A stretch of 34,657 nt of DNA, taken from Bdellovibrionota bacterium (GTDB taxonomy: Bacteria > Bdellovibrionota > FAC87 > UBA2466). Made by a program: the position numbers and the translations under genes. The stretch's first letter is position 1. Each line of letters starts with the position of its first letter. The stretch lies in NCBI GenBank assembly GCA_038325205.1, contig JBBQIT010000001.1, positions 1 through 34,657 on the forward strand, in the 5' to 3' direction. Below, piece after piece: positions 7,406-15,536 of the stretch. The notes below the pieces were generated by a model that ran no database searches, had not been told where the DNA came from, and saw only the letters and a program-made list of their open reading frames with translations.

Positions 7406-7786
7406 ATGAAAACGAAACGAATAATGTCCGGTCTCGCCATGCTTTGTGCAATGGCGATATCATTGTCTGGAATCGCAAAAGAGTCAGAAAGTAAGTCATC
7501 TATTCAGGGAACGCTGAAAGTAGAAAAGCGCTCTGAAGCGGAGTTCCCTGGGCTGGCCAAGATCGGCCTTCAAGAGGCGATGAAAATCGCCACTGAGAAC
7601 GTGAACGGCAAAGTACTTCAGGCCGGGCTCGAAAAAAAGAACGGTTACCTAGTCTATTCAGTCGAGGTCGTAACTGCCGAAAAGGAAATCAAGGAGCTGG
7701 ATATCGACGCGGCAACGGGAAAGGTACTTTCGGTGAAAATCGACAAAGCTGATAACGACAAGGAGTCCGAAGAGGACGACGACTAA
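7406..7786 (+). CDS. Secreted PepSY-domain protein
   Basis: 126 aa with an N-terminal signal peptide (MKTKRIMSGLAMLCAMAISLSGIA). The PepSY-like core is GKVLQAGLEKKNGYLVYSVEVV...IDAATGKVLSVK, followed by an acidic tail. A GGAG-containing RBS lies upstream. Confidence 0.75.
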   Translation: MKTKRIMSGLAMLCAMAISLSGIAKESESKSSIQGTLKVEKRSEAEFPGLAKIGLQEAMKIATENVNGKVLQAGLEKKNGYLVYSVEVVTAEKEIKELDIDAATGKVLSVKIDKADNDKESEEDDD

Positions 7787-7794
7787 CTTGAGTC

Positions 7795-7823
7795 GGTGGA
7801 CGGGGGAACATCCCCCGTCCACC
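7795..7823 (+). terminator. Strong GC-rich hairpin after the PepSY gene
   Basis: GGTGGACGGGGG-AACAT-CCCCCGTCCACC is a 12-13-bp perfect stem beginning 9 nt after the stop codon. The downstream T-tract is weak (CAAATTTCC). Confidence 0.55.
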
Positions 7824-8066
7824 CAAATTTCCGAAACCGATAAATCAGGGTTTAGATACTTCCCTTATATTCCCTGTCGAGCGCAGATAATATTTCTAAA
7901 ATGCGTTCTATCATCGACAAATGAAATTGGGTTAGGGAGGGAATATCCACCGACCATACCAACCTGTTGAACCAAGGAGGTAACCGTGTCAGAAAATCAG
8001 AACCAATGGTCACGGCCCGATCGGGAACGTCGCATCGAAAAAATCTCCCGTTTAAGATCATGGCGG

Positions 8067-8675
8067 TCACGGTATAGATTGTGGAAACATCACTTTAATT
8101 TTTTCTAGGAGCTGTTTTCCGACATCCTCGACAACGTTAGATAGGCGCATACTTTCAGGGATGTGGTGAAAAAAACTAATCAAGACAACGACACTGAGAA
8201 GAGCGAGAAAGAGCGCCACTAAAATGGAAATATGAGGAACAAAGGCGCCAATAGCCATAACTGCGCCACCCGTAAATTCATCGGCTCCCCGAACGGTCCT
8301 GAGAATTAAAAGGCAGTAAAGAAATGTTGCGATGAACGTTCCTAGAGTAATCTGATTGCTTCGATCGCGCATGAAGTTATTAAGGATGCGGGGGCCATAT
8401 TGCGAAGAGGCATAAGACACCGCCAAAATCGTTAGAGAAAAAGTCACACCGGCAACGGTAATCATCGACGCCGCGACCGTACTTAGAAACGCACGGGCAC
8501 CTTGCGGTCTATTGGAGAAAACGCCCAACGTTTTGTCAGACCATTCCATTCCGAAATGCAAATCTAATAGGGTAGTCCCAACGGACAGCAAGATCGCGCC
8601 AAGCCCCATAAGCCCCGGAAGAAACCAATAGCTAGATCGGAGCCGTGAAAGGAATTGAATGACGTTGATATTCAT
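8067..8675 (-). CDS. DUF2254-like membrane protein, apparently only the N-terminal (transmembrane) half
   Basis: 202 aa. LSTVAASMITVAGVTFSLTILAVSYASSQYGPRILNNFMRDRSNQITLGTFIATFLYCLLILRTV matches my memory of the DUF2254 core. As I recall, family members are roughly twice as long. Only ~240 nt remain before the PepSY terminator. Confidence 0.6.
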   Translation of the reverse strand: MNINVIQFLSRLRSSYWFLPGLMGLGAILLSVGTTLLDLHFGMEWSDKTLGVFSNRPQGARAFLSTVAASMITVAGVTFSLTILAVSYASSQYGPRILNNFMRDRSNQITLGTFIATFLYCLLILRTVRGADEFTGGAVMAIGAFVPHISILVALFLALLSVVVLISFFHHIPESMRLSNVVEDVGKQLLEKIKVMFPQSIP

Positions 8676-8735
8676 CCCGAAAATGTCCTCCTACTAAGAG
8701 GGTCGGTTGAAAAGCCAAAATCGTGAGTTATGCAG

Positions 8736-8751
8736 GGCAACGCACTGGCCA
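8736..8751 (-). promoter_or_regulatory. Sigma-54-like -24/-12 element (TGGCCA-N5-TTGCC) upstream of the DUF2254-like gene
   Basis: The minus strand reads TGGCCAGTGCGTTGCC, with correct GG-N10-GC spacing, ~60 nt upstream of the ATG at 8675. There are two deviations in the -24 hexamer. Confidence 0.3.
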
Positions 8752-8777
8752 CGTTTATTCAATCTCCGCAGTGGGGC

Positions 8778-9422
8778 TCAAATTCGATTGTTTTTGGCCG
8801 ATAGCATCGTTCCTTGAGACTTCCCCCATCGCTTATTCACTTGAGCCCAATCCACTACATTCCAAAATGCGCTGATATATTCCGCTCTGCGGTTTTGGTA
8901 TTTCAGATAATAAGCGTGTTCCCAAAGATCCAAGACCAAGAGAGGGACCAGTCCTTCCGTGAGTGGGCTCTGATGATCCGCTGTGGCTTTCACGGTAATC
9001 TTGGAGCTTTTATCGACGCAAAGCCACGCCCACCCGCTCGCAAAATGGGAAGCGGAAAGAGTCGAGAACACTTCTTGGAGATTTGTGAAACTGCCAAATG
9101 CCGCGTCTATAGCGTTCAGTAAGGCACCTGACGAGGGACTCTTCTCGGATGCAGGAGAAAGAGACCTCCAGGAAAAACTGTGGTTGGCATGCCCTCCACC
9201 GTTGTGCTCCACTTCGCTGCGAATATCTGCGGGAATATTTTGGGGAGTGGCTATGAGTTCCTCTATGGGTTTCCCCAAAAGTGGTGAACCCTCCAGCAGG
9301 GAATTGAGTTTATCGACATAACTTTGATGATGCTTTGTATGGTGCAAGATCATGGTTCTCTTGTCGATATACGGCTCCAGTGCATCGTAGGGATAAGGTA
9401 AATCCGGCAGAACATATTTCAC
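8778..9422 (-). CDS. sodA: Superoxide dismutase, Fe/Mn family (Mn-type signature)
   Basis: 214 aa with HHTKHHQSYV, GGGHANHSFSW (Mn-type GGHxNHSxFW) and [15 protein letters not shown]. Confidence 0.9.
   Translation of the reverse strand: MKYVLPDLPYPYDALEPYIDKRTMILHHTKHHQSYVDKLNSLLEGSPLLGKPIEELIATPQNIPADIRSEVEHNGGGHANHSFSWRSLSPASEKSPSSGALLNAIDAAFGSFTNLQEVFSTLSASHFASGWAWLCVDKSSKITVKATADHQSPLTEGLVPLLVLDLWEHAYYLKYQNRRAEYISAFWNVVDWAQVNKRWGKSQGTMLSAKNNRI
8815..8927. repeat. Direct-repeat partner of 3498-3610 (3' end of the SOD gene)
   Basis: Ungapped 113-nt alignment with 8 mismatches, same orientation, offset 5317 bp. Confidence 0.9.
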
Positions 9423-9537
9423 TTGAGGTATCCTCCGACATTTGTCGCCCGTTAGTTTCGTAGCGTCGCTCCCATGATTAGCCGCTCGTGCCTAACGTAC
9501 GTCACTAATGCATAGTGTGTGCCGGAGCGTTTAGTGG

Positions 9538-10989
9538 CTAGCTTGCGCGCTCAGCCGGGGGCTCGGATTTTTCTTTTTTAGGAGCTTTAAGAGGGATTTT
9601 GTACTGGATAGCCTTTCGATAAAGGGTGCCTCGATCGATGCCCAATCTCTCCGATGCTTTTGACTTATTGTAGTTTACCGACTCAAGAACTTTCGCAATA
9701 TGTTCGCGCTCGACGGCCTCAACCACATCTTCCAACGAATTCAATTCTGCTCGTTCGGGAACAAGTGCCGGCGAGCTTTGTGGTGGGCGGCACCCAATCT
9801 CGGGAGGAAAATCCTCCGTATATAAAACAGTCGTACTCGCCATCCCGGCCGCTCTCTCAATTACGTTTTCGAGTTCTCGAATATTCCCAGGCCAGTTATG
9901 GGAGAGCAAAAGCTGCAAAGCATCTTCGGAAATACTCTCCACACGGCGACCGGTTGTCTCCGCTAGCCGAGAAATAAAATGCCTGATGAGATCTGGGAGA
10001 TCCTGCTTTCTCTCTCGGAGAGGCGGTACAACTAGAAGAAAGACCTTCAGCCGATAAAAGAGATCTTCGCGAAACGTCCCATTCTTAATCAGCGCTTCCA
10101 AATCTCGATGGGTCGCTGCGATAACACGAACATCCACCTTTCGGCTCTCTACCGCTCCGACAGGCTTAATTTCTCCCTCTTGAATTACGCGAAGTAATTT
10201 CACTTGCAGCGCGGGCGAGATATCGCCTATCTCATCCAAAAAAATGGTGCCCCCATTTGCTTCTTCAAATAGACCGATTTTGTTGGACGTCGCTCCCGTG
10301 AAAGATCCTTTCACGTGCCCGAAGAGTTCCGATTCCAGAAGAGTCTCCGTAAGAGCGCTACAGTTGACTGTGACAAAGTGATTTGCGGACCGAGGGCTAT
10401 TGTCATGAATCGCATGCGCCACAAGTTCTTTTCCCGTACCACTCTCCCCTAAGATTAGTACGTTCCCACTCGACTGGGCCGTCTTCGCGATAGATCTGTA
10501 AAGCTTAACGATGGAGGGGGACTCACCGATCATCGATTTCGGTACGGCTAAAAGCAATTCCTTTTCAAGCAATGGAGCAAGGTAACGAGCTTTATCCAAT
10601 CCTAATTGTTGAAGAGCTCTTTCCATAACGAGCGTCAATTCGCGCTCGGTCGTTTCAAGATCCATGCTCTTACTGAGGTAATCAAAAGCACCTTCGCCTA
10701 TCGCTTTTACTGCGGTTCCAAGACTCCCATGTCCAGTCATGAAAATAATCAGACTAGGCCATTTTAGTTTCTTGATGTGGGGAATCAGGGTCAGGCCATC
10801 CGCGCCGCCCAAAATAATATCGGAGACAACAATGGGATAATGTCTCTCACTGAGCAGGGAGATGGCCTGATTCGCGCTGGTCGCCAACGTGATGTTAAAA
10901 TGAGCTTTTTCAAGGAATTGAGCTACGAGTTTGCTACCGGCCTCATCATCGTCAACGAGAAGAACTTCTATTTTTTCTTTAATTGCCAT
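9538..10989 (-). CDS. Sigma-54-dependent response regulator (NtrC-family enhancer-binding protein: REC, AAA+, Fis-type HTH)
   Basis: 483 aa. The REC domain has the acceptor context VVSDIIL. The AAA+ domain has GESGTGKE, GSFTGA (a variant of GAFTGA), LDEIGD and FREDLFYRL. The C-terminal HTH is ASERLGIDRGTLYRK. Confidence 0.9.
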   Translation of the reverse strand: MAIKEKIEVLLVDDDEAGSKLVAQFLEKAHFNITLATSANQAISLLSERHYPIVVSDIILGGADGLTLIPHIKKLKWPSLIIFMTGHGSLGTAVKAIGEGAFDYLSKSMDLETTERELTLVMERALQQLGLDKARYLAPLLEKELLLAVPKSMIGESPSIVKLYRSIAKTAQSSGNVLILGESGTGKELVAHAIHDNSPRSANHFVTVNCSALTETLLESELFGHVKGSFTGATSNKIGLFEEANGGTIFLDEIGDISPALQVKLLRVIQEGEIKPVGAVESRKVDVRVIAATHRDLEALIKNGTFREDLFYRLKVFLLVVPPLRERKQDLPDLIRHFISRLAETTGRRVESISEDALQLLLSHNWPGNIRELENVIERAAGMASTTVLYTEDFPPEIGCRPPQSSPALVPERAELNSLEDVVEAVEREHIAKVLESVNYNKSKASERLGIDRGTLYRKAIQYKIPLKAPKKEKSEPPAERAS

Positions 10990-11192
10990 ACATCACTGCG
11001 TTACTTGTAGCTCTATCCATCAAAATTAACAAGGATGCGGGATTTTCCCTCAAAATCATCGCTGTGGTGCTCATGACGCAAATATCGATTGCGAGAAGTT
11101 CTGTGTTTTGGATTTACCTGGTTTTCGGTGAGGCTCGCGAGTGTTTTTGGGTGTTGGGAGAGAGCCAAAAGCGAGGAAAGCAAGGGCTCAGC

Positions 11193-11567
11193 CTAAGCTG
11201 CCTCTGGAATTTGTCGGGGAAGAGTTAGCGGGAGACGGTCTCTGCCACTAGGGCGCTTTCCGAGATGGAATCCAAGGGCGAAAAGCAGTGCTCCTACCAG
11301 CGACATAATGATCCAAATCCAAGTCGTCCCGGCTTCGCTCGGTAAGGGAAAGGCAGTCGGCAATTTGGCAAACAATTCCTCCTGTCGTTCCGCTATCGAT
11401 TTAATTTGTGCTTCCAGTCCTTGGACGCTTCCGGAAAAAGAAGTCTGCCGAAACTCGTTCCTTCTTTCCGGGCTCGTTGTGATCTTCGGGGGAACTGGCG
11501 ACGTAGTAGCACAGCTTACGACAAAGATTAACAAGACTAGCTCATAAATTAAGCATGGTAAGCGCAT
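11193..11567 (-). CDS. Small envelope protein: lipoprotein-like signal plus C-terminal TM helix, unknown family
   Basis: 124 aa with the lipobox-like signal LIFVVSC and the C-terminal helix WIWIIMSLVGALLFALGF. It starts 11 nt after the upstream gene stop. Confidence 0.55.
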   Translation of the reverse strand: MRLPCLIYELVLLIFVVSCATTSPVPPKITTSPERRNEFRQTSFSGSVQGLEAQIKSIAERQEELFAKLPTAFPLPSEAGTTWIWIIMSLVGALLFALGFHLGKRPSGRDRLPLTLPRQIPEAA

Positions 11568-11577
11568 TTTAATCTGA

Positions 11578-12006
11578 CTATTCCGCTTTGAAAGATGTTC
11601 CCGTTTCCTTGATATTCGACATAGTTTTATCGAGACTTGGTTTGTGTTCCTGCCATGCTGACGCCACCGCCGTTTTCAACGTTTCGAGCTCTTGGCTTGC
11701 GAGGCTCAACTTCGGAGCAAGTTCTTCAATTGTCCGATTGAGCTGAACGTATCGCGCGCTATGTATAGGATTCTTGTCCCTTTCAGTGCGAAGGCCGTCC
11801 ATCTTTCGTTGCCATTCCTTAATGTCGACCTCAACCTTCTTCAAATAATCCGATCGCTGATCGTGGATCTGTTCGATCATCTCGGAGTTTTTCGCCAATG
11901 TGGAATCGGCAGGGCGACTAGCGGAAGTTTTATCGCTCTGAGTGCAACCACCTACCACCGCGGTGACAGCTAAAACCGACATCAACAACCAGGAAAAGCG
12001 ATTCAT
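11578..12006 (-). CDS. Small lipoprotein, coiled-coil-like, unknown family
   Basis: I moved the start to MNRFSWLLMSVLAVTAVVGGC (lipobox), which has GGAGGT about 5 nt upstream. The track start at 12063 would overlap the sigma-54 promoter. Confidence 0.6.
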   Translation of the reverse strand: MNRFSWLLMSVLAVTAVVGGCTQSDKTSASRPADSTLAKNSEMIEQIHDQRSDYLKKVEVDIKEWQRKMDGLRTERDKNPIHSARYVQLNRTIEELAPKLSLASQELETLKTAVASAWQEHKPSLDKTMSNIKETGTSFKAE

Positions 12007-12046
12007 AGAATACCTCCATCGAAAACATGTTCGATAATGGAAATAC

Positions 12047-12062
12047 TGCAATGAAGGTGCCA
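12047..12062 (-). promoter_or_regulatory. Sigma-54 promoter, perfect -24/-12 consensus TGGCAC-N5-TTGCA
   Basis: The minus strand reads TGGCACCTTCATTGCA, ~40 nt upstream of the ATG at 12006. It heads the lipoprotein / membrane protein / sigma-54 activator gene string. Confidence 0.8.
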
Positions 12063-12185
12063 CGCCATTCCCACTGAGAAACTCTTCTCAACAACGACGA
12101 ACGTCATGCGCCTGTCCAAGCTGGCCGTCATCAAAACCTACCGAGCCGGTTAAGAAATGCGCTTTATGTTCTATCTGGGGGCACC

Positions 12186-12872
12186 CTATCTTGACTCCAA
12201 ATTCGCCCTAAATTCTTTGATAGCAACTGAACGATCGGTTTCCGAGAAGATCGCGGATCCCGCAATGAACAGATCGGTGCCGGCTTTACGTAATTGCCTC
12301 ACGTTTGCGGAATTTACCCCACCGTCCACGCCGATGAGAAACTTCCTCCCGGCACGCATCTCGGCGAGCCTTTCAATCTTCCGATAGGTAGAAGGAATAA
12401 ACTCCTGCCCGCCAAAGCCAGGCTCGACACTCATCACTAACACCAGATCAACAATGTCCAGAACCTCCTCGATCATTACCAATGGGGTAGCCGGATTGAG
12501 CGCAACTCCGCTTTGGCAACCGCTCCCCTTAATCTCATGGATCAACCGGACCAGCTGATGATTAACTTCACTATGAACAGTTATAAGGTCGGCACCCGCT
12601 TCGGCGAAAAGAAGGACCCAATGCTCAGGCTGATTCACCATCAGATGGCAGGTCAAAGGGAGATCCGTGTGGTTACGTATCGTCTTCACGATCATTGGGC
12701 CGAACGTGAGATTGGGAACGAAGTGCCCATCCATAATATCGATGTGAATGGCATCTACGCCGGCTTTTTCTAGAGACTCAATCTCATCAGCAAGTCTCCC
12801 GAAATCCGCGGAAAGAATCGACGGTGCAATCAAGGGGGCTCCGCAATGTAAATGTCGAACGGTGTTGCTCAA
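12186..12872 (-). CDS. rpe: Ribulose-phosphate 3-epimerase
   Basis: 228 aa with PSILSADF, HIDIMDGHFVPN and MSVEPGFGGQ. Confidence 0.93.
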   Translation of the reverse strand: MSNTVRHLHCGAPLIAPSILSADFGRLADEIESLEKAGVDAIHIDIMDGHFVPNLTFGPMIVKTIRNHTDLPLTCHLMVNQPEHWVLLFAEAGADLITVHSEVNHQLVRLIHEIKGSGCQSGVALNPATPLVMIEEVLDIVDLVLVMSVEPGFGGQEFIPSTYRKIERLAEMRAGRKFLIGVDGGVNSANVRQLRKAGTDLFIAGSAIFSETDRSVAIKEFRANLESR

Positions 12873-12921
12873 CTTGGGTCACCTCTAAAATCTCTTACCT
12901 CTTTCAACAAACGTGCCCACC

Positions 12922-12937
12922 TGGCACTCACATTGCT
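12922..12937 (+). promoter_or_regulatory. Sigma-54 promoter, perfect -24/-12 consensus TGGCAC-N5-TTGCT, upstream of the tkt operon
   Basis: The plus strand reads TGGCACTCACATTGCT, 75 nt upstream of the tkt ATG (13012), in the rpe-tkt divergent intergenic region. Confidence 0.75.
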
Positions 12938-13011
12938 TTAACAATGGGACCACTTAAGTTTGGCCCCGGAAGTGCAGTGCTTAAGCTGGTACTCGAACGT
13001 CAGGGAGATTA

Positions 13012-15093
13012 ATGAACAACGCCGCAACACATTCCCATTTCCAACCGCAACTGGACGACATATGCGTTAATACCCTGCGATTTCTCGCGGTCGACGCCGT
13101 AGAAAAGGCCAAATCAGGCCATCCGGGCTTGCCATTAGGGTCCGCCAGCATGGCCTACGTGCTTTGGGATCGCTTTCTCAAATTTAATCCAAGAAATCCG
13201 CAGTGGCCTAATCGGGATCGCTTCGTGCTCTCGGCGGGGCATGGCTGTGCGCTTCTCTATGCTCTGCTTCATATGACGGGATACGATCTTAGTCTCGAGG
13301 ATCTGAAACAGTTTCGACGGTTCGGGAGTAAAACTCCCGGCCATCCCGAATATGGAAAGACGCCCGGTGTGGAGGCCACGACTGGTCCCTTGGGCCAAGG
13401 TTTTTCAAACGCGGTGGGAATGGCCATCGCGGAACGGGTACTTGGAGAAAGATTTAATCGCCCCGGCCACGATATCGTTGACCACTACACTTATGTTTTA
13501 GCTAGCGACGGCGACATGATGGAAGGAGTGACATCGGAAGCCGCTTCTCTTGCGGGTCATCTTCGGCTTGGGAAACTCATCGTCCTCTACGCGGACAATC
13601 GGATCTCAATCGAAGGAAACACGGTTATCGCGTTTACTGAAGATGTGGTGAAACGATTTTCAGCGTACGGATGGCACAGCCAGCGTGTTTCGGATGGAAA
13701 TGATTTATCGGCTATAAACAATGCACTCGATTCTGCAAAACTAGAAAAAGATCGCCCCTCATTCATTGCGGTGCATACCCACATTGGTTTTGGTAGCCCA
13801 GATAAGCAGGATACCGCTAAAGCACATGGTGAACCGCTAGGGACTGAGGAAGTTCGACTTACAAAGGAACATTTGGGTTGGCCGCTAGAGCCAACGTTTT
13901 ATACTCCAAAGGAAGCGTTGGAACATTTTCGCTTGGCAGTCTCCCGAGGGGAGAAGAGCGAGAGGGAATGGGAGAATCGGTTTAAGGCGTATGCTTCGTC
14001 TTTCCCGGCTCTATCGACAGAGTTTCTTCGAACACTCGAGGGCCGGCTCCCAGAGAATTGGGATGAAGGGCTTCCCTCCCTTGTGGAGCACTTTCTAGAA
14101 AATAAGGAGCCTATCGCGACCAGAAGCGTTTCAGGTCAAGTGATTAACAGCCTTGCCACCCGCATTCCAGAATTCATCGGCGGCTCCGCCGATCTCGCCC
14201 CCAGCACGAAAACGCTGATTGAAGACGGTGGCGATTTTGAACCTGCAAGTCCTGCGGGTCGCAACTTTCATTTTGGAGTGAGGGAGCATTCGATGGGCGC
14301 GATCTTAAATGGAATCGCGCTTCACAAGGGACTTATTCCTTACGGAGCCACCTTCCTGATTTTCAGTGACTATATGCGACCTCCGATGCGCCTTGCCGCC
14401 ATGAATGGATTGCCAGTCACGTACATCTTTACTCATGACAGTATTGGACTGGGAGAAGACGGCCCTACCCACCAACCGGTGGAGCAATTACTGGGATTGC
14501 GATCCGTCCCCGGAATGACGGTGATTCGCCCGGCCGACGCGAATGAAACCATCGCGGCCTGGGAGTTTACCATTCAGCACCGCAGCGGTCCTGTCGCTCT
14601 GATCTTAACCCGGCAAAAGCTTCCGGTTTTAGACTCCCTCAAGTACCCGCAAGTCGCGAAAGGTGTTTCTCGAGGGGGCTATATTCTGTCCGGTTCCTCG
14701 TCAGCGCCAAAGCTGGAGCTGTGTCTCATCGCTACAGGCTCCGAGGTTCACCTTGCCCTCGAAAGCCAAACGCGATTGGAGTCAGAAGGTATCTCGACAC
14801 GAGTGGTGAGTCTTCCAAGTTGGAATCTCTTCATGGAACAAATGGAAAACTATCGAAGCGAAGTGTTACCGGAGGACGTTCCCTGGCTCGCCATCGAGGC
14901 CGGGGTTTCACTCGGCTGGAATTCTTATCTCGGTCCCAAGAACATAGAGGTGATTGGAATAGATCACTTCGGAGCTTCGGCACCAGGCGAAACTGTCATG
15001 AGAGAGTTCGGTTTTAGCGTCGAAAATATCTGCCAAAAGGCCCGGCAGTTTGTCCAGGATCGGAGAGGAGCTCCAAAGTGCGTATCGGAATAG
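13012..15093 (+). CDS. tkt: Transketolase
   Basis: 693 aa with [17 protein letters not shown] and [16 protein letters not shown]. Confidence 0.95.
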   Translation: MNNAATHSHFQPQLDDICVNTLRFLAVDAVEKAKSGHPGLPLGSASMAYVLWDRFLKFNPRNPQWPNRDRFVLSAGHGCALLYALLHMTGYDLSLEDLKQFRRFGSKTPGHPEYGKTPGVEATTGPLGQGFSNAVGMAIAERVLGERFNRPGHDIVDHYTYVLASDGDMMEGVTSEAASLAGHLRLGKLIVLYADNRISIEGNTVIAFTEDVVKRFSAYGWHSQRVSDGNDLSAINNALDSAKLEKDRPSFIAVHTHIGFGSPDKQDTAKAHGEPLGTEEVRLTKEHLGWPLEPTFYTPKEALEHFRLAVSRGEKSEREWENRFKAYASSFPALSTEFLRTLEGRLPENWDEGLPSLVEHFLENKEPIATRSVSGQVINSLATRIPEFIGGSADLAPSTKTLIEDGGDFEPASPAGRNFHFGVREHSMGAILNGIALHKGLIPYGATFLIFSDYMRPPMRLAAMNGLPVTYIFTHDSIGLGEDGPTHQPVEQLLGLRSVPGMTVIRPADANETIAAWEFTIQHRSGPVALILTRQKLPVLDSLKYPQVAKGVSRGGYILSGSSSAPKLELCLIATGSEVHLALESQTRLESEGISTRVVSLPSWNLFMEQMENYRSEVLPEDVPWLAIEAGVSLGWNSYLGPKNIEVIGIDHFGASAPGETVMREFGFSVENICQKARQFVQDRRGAPKCVSE

Positions 15094-15536
15094 CTGCTGA
15101 CCATGCGGGATTTAAATTGAAGGAAGAGATTCTAGTAGCGCTAAGTGAAACCAACATTGAAACCGTTGACTGTGGCGCATTCCACTTGAACTCAGAGGAC
15201 GATTACCCGGATTTCGTGATTCCCCTCGCAAGAGGCGTGTCACGCGGGGAGACGGAACGTGGAATCGCGATCTGCGGGAGCGGAATAGGCGCCTGCATTG
15301 CCGCAAACAAAGTGAGGAACGCCCGCGCGGGTCTCATCCACGATGTGTTTTCGGCCCGTCAGGGTGTTGAAGACGATGACATGAATATCATCTGTCTAGG
15401 TGCCAAACTAATCGAGTTTCCGTTCGCGTGGGAACTAATCCAAGTGTTTCTGGGAGCCCACTTCAGCAATGAGGCCCGATTCCAACGCAGGCTTGAAAAA
15501 ATCGGACAGGTTGAAGAAATGGAGATTCAAGCGTGA
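15078..15536 (+). CDS. rpiB: Ribose-5-phosphate isomerase B (RpiB/LacAB family)
   Basis: 152 aa reading (M)[14 protein letters not shown]...[17 protein letters not shown]. The GTG start has AGGAG 7 nt upstream and overlaps the tkt end by 16 nt. Confidence 0.88.
   Translation: MRIGIAADHAGFKLKEEILVALSETNIETVDCGAFHLNSEDDYPDFVIPLARGVSRGETERGIAICGSGIGACIAANKVRNARAGLIHDVFSARQGVEDDDMNIICLGAKLIEFPFAWELIQVFLGAHFSNEARFQRRLEKIGQVEEMEIQA

Noticed and set aside
7852-8070. 72-aa minus-strand ORF following the DUF2254-like gene.
   Set aside because: It has no recognisable motif or RBS and overlaps the stop of the upstream ORF in a different frame. It is better explained as debris of the missing C-terminal half than as a gene.
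9423-9537. Two GGCAC-containing stretches on the minus strand upstream of sodA.
   Set aside because: In both, the GC dinucleotide is displaced by 2 nt from the required position, so they are not sigma-54 promoters.
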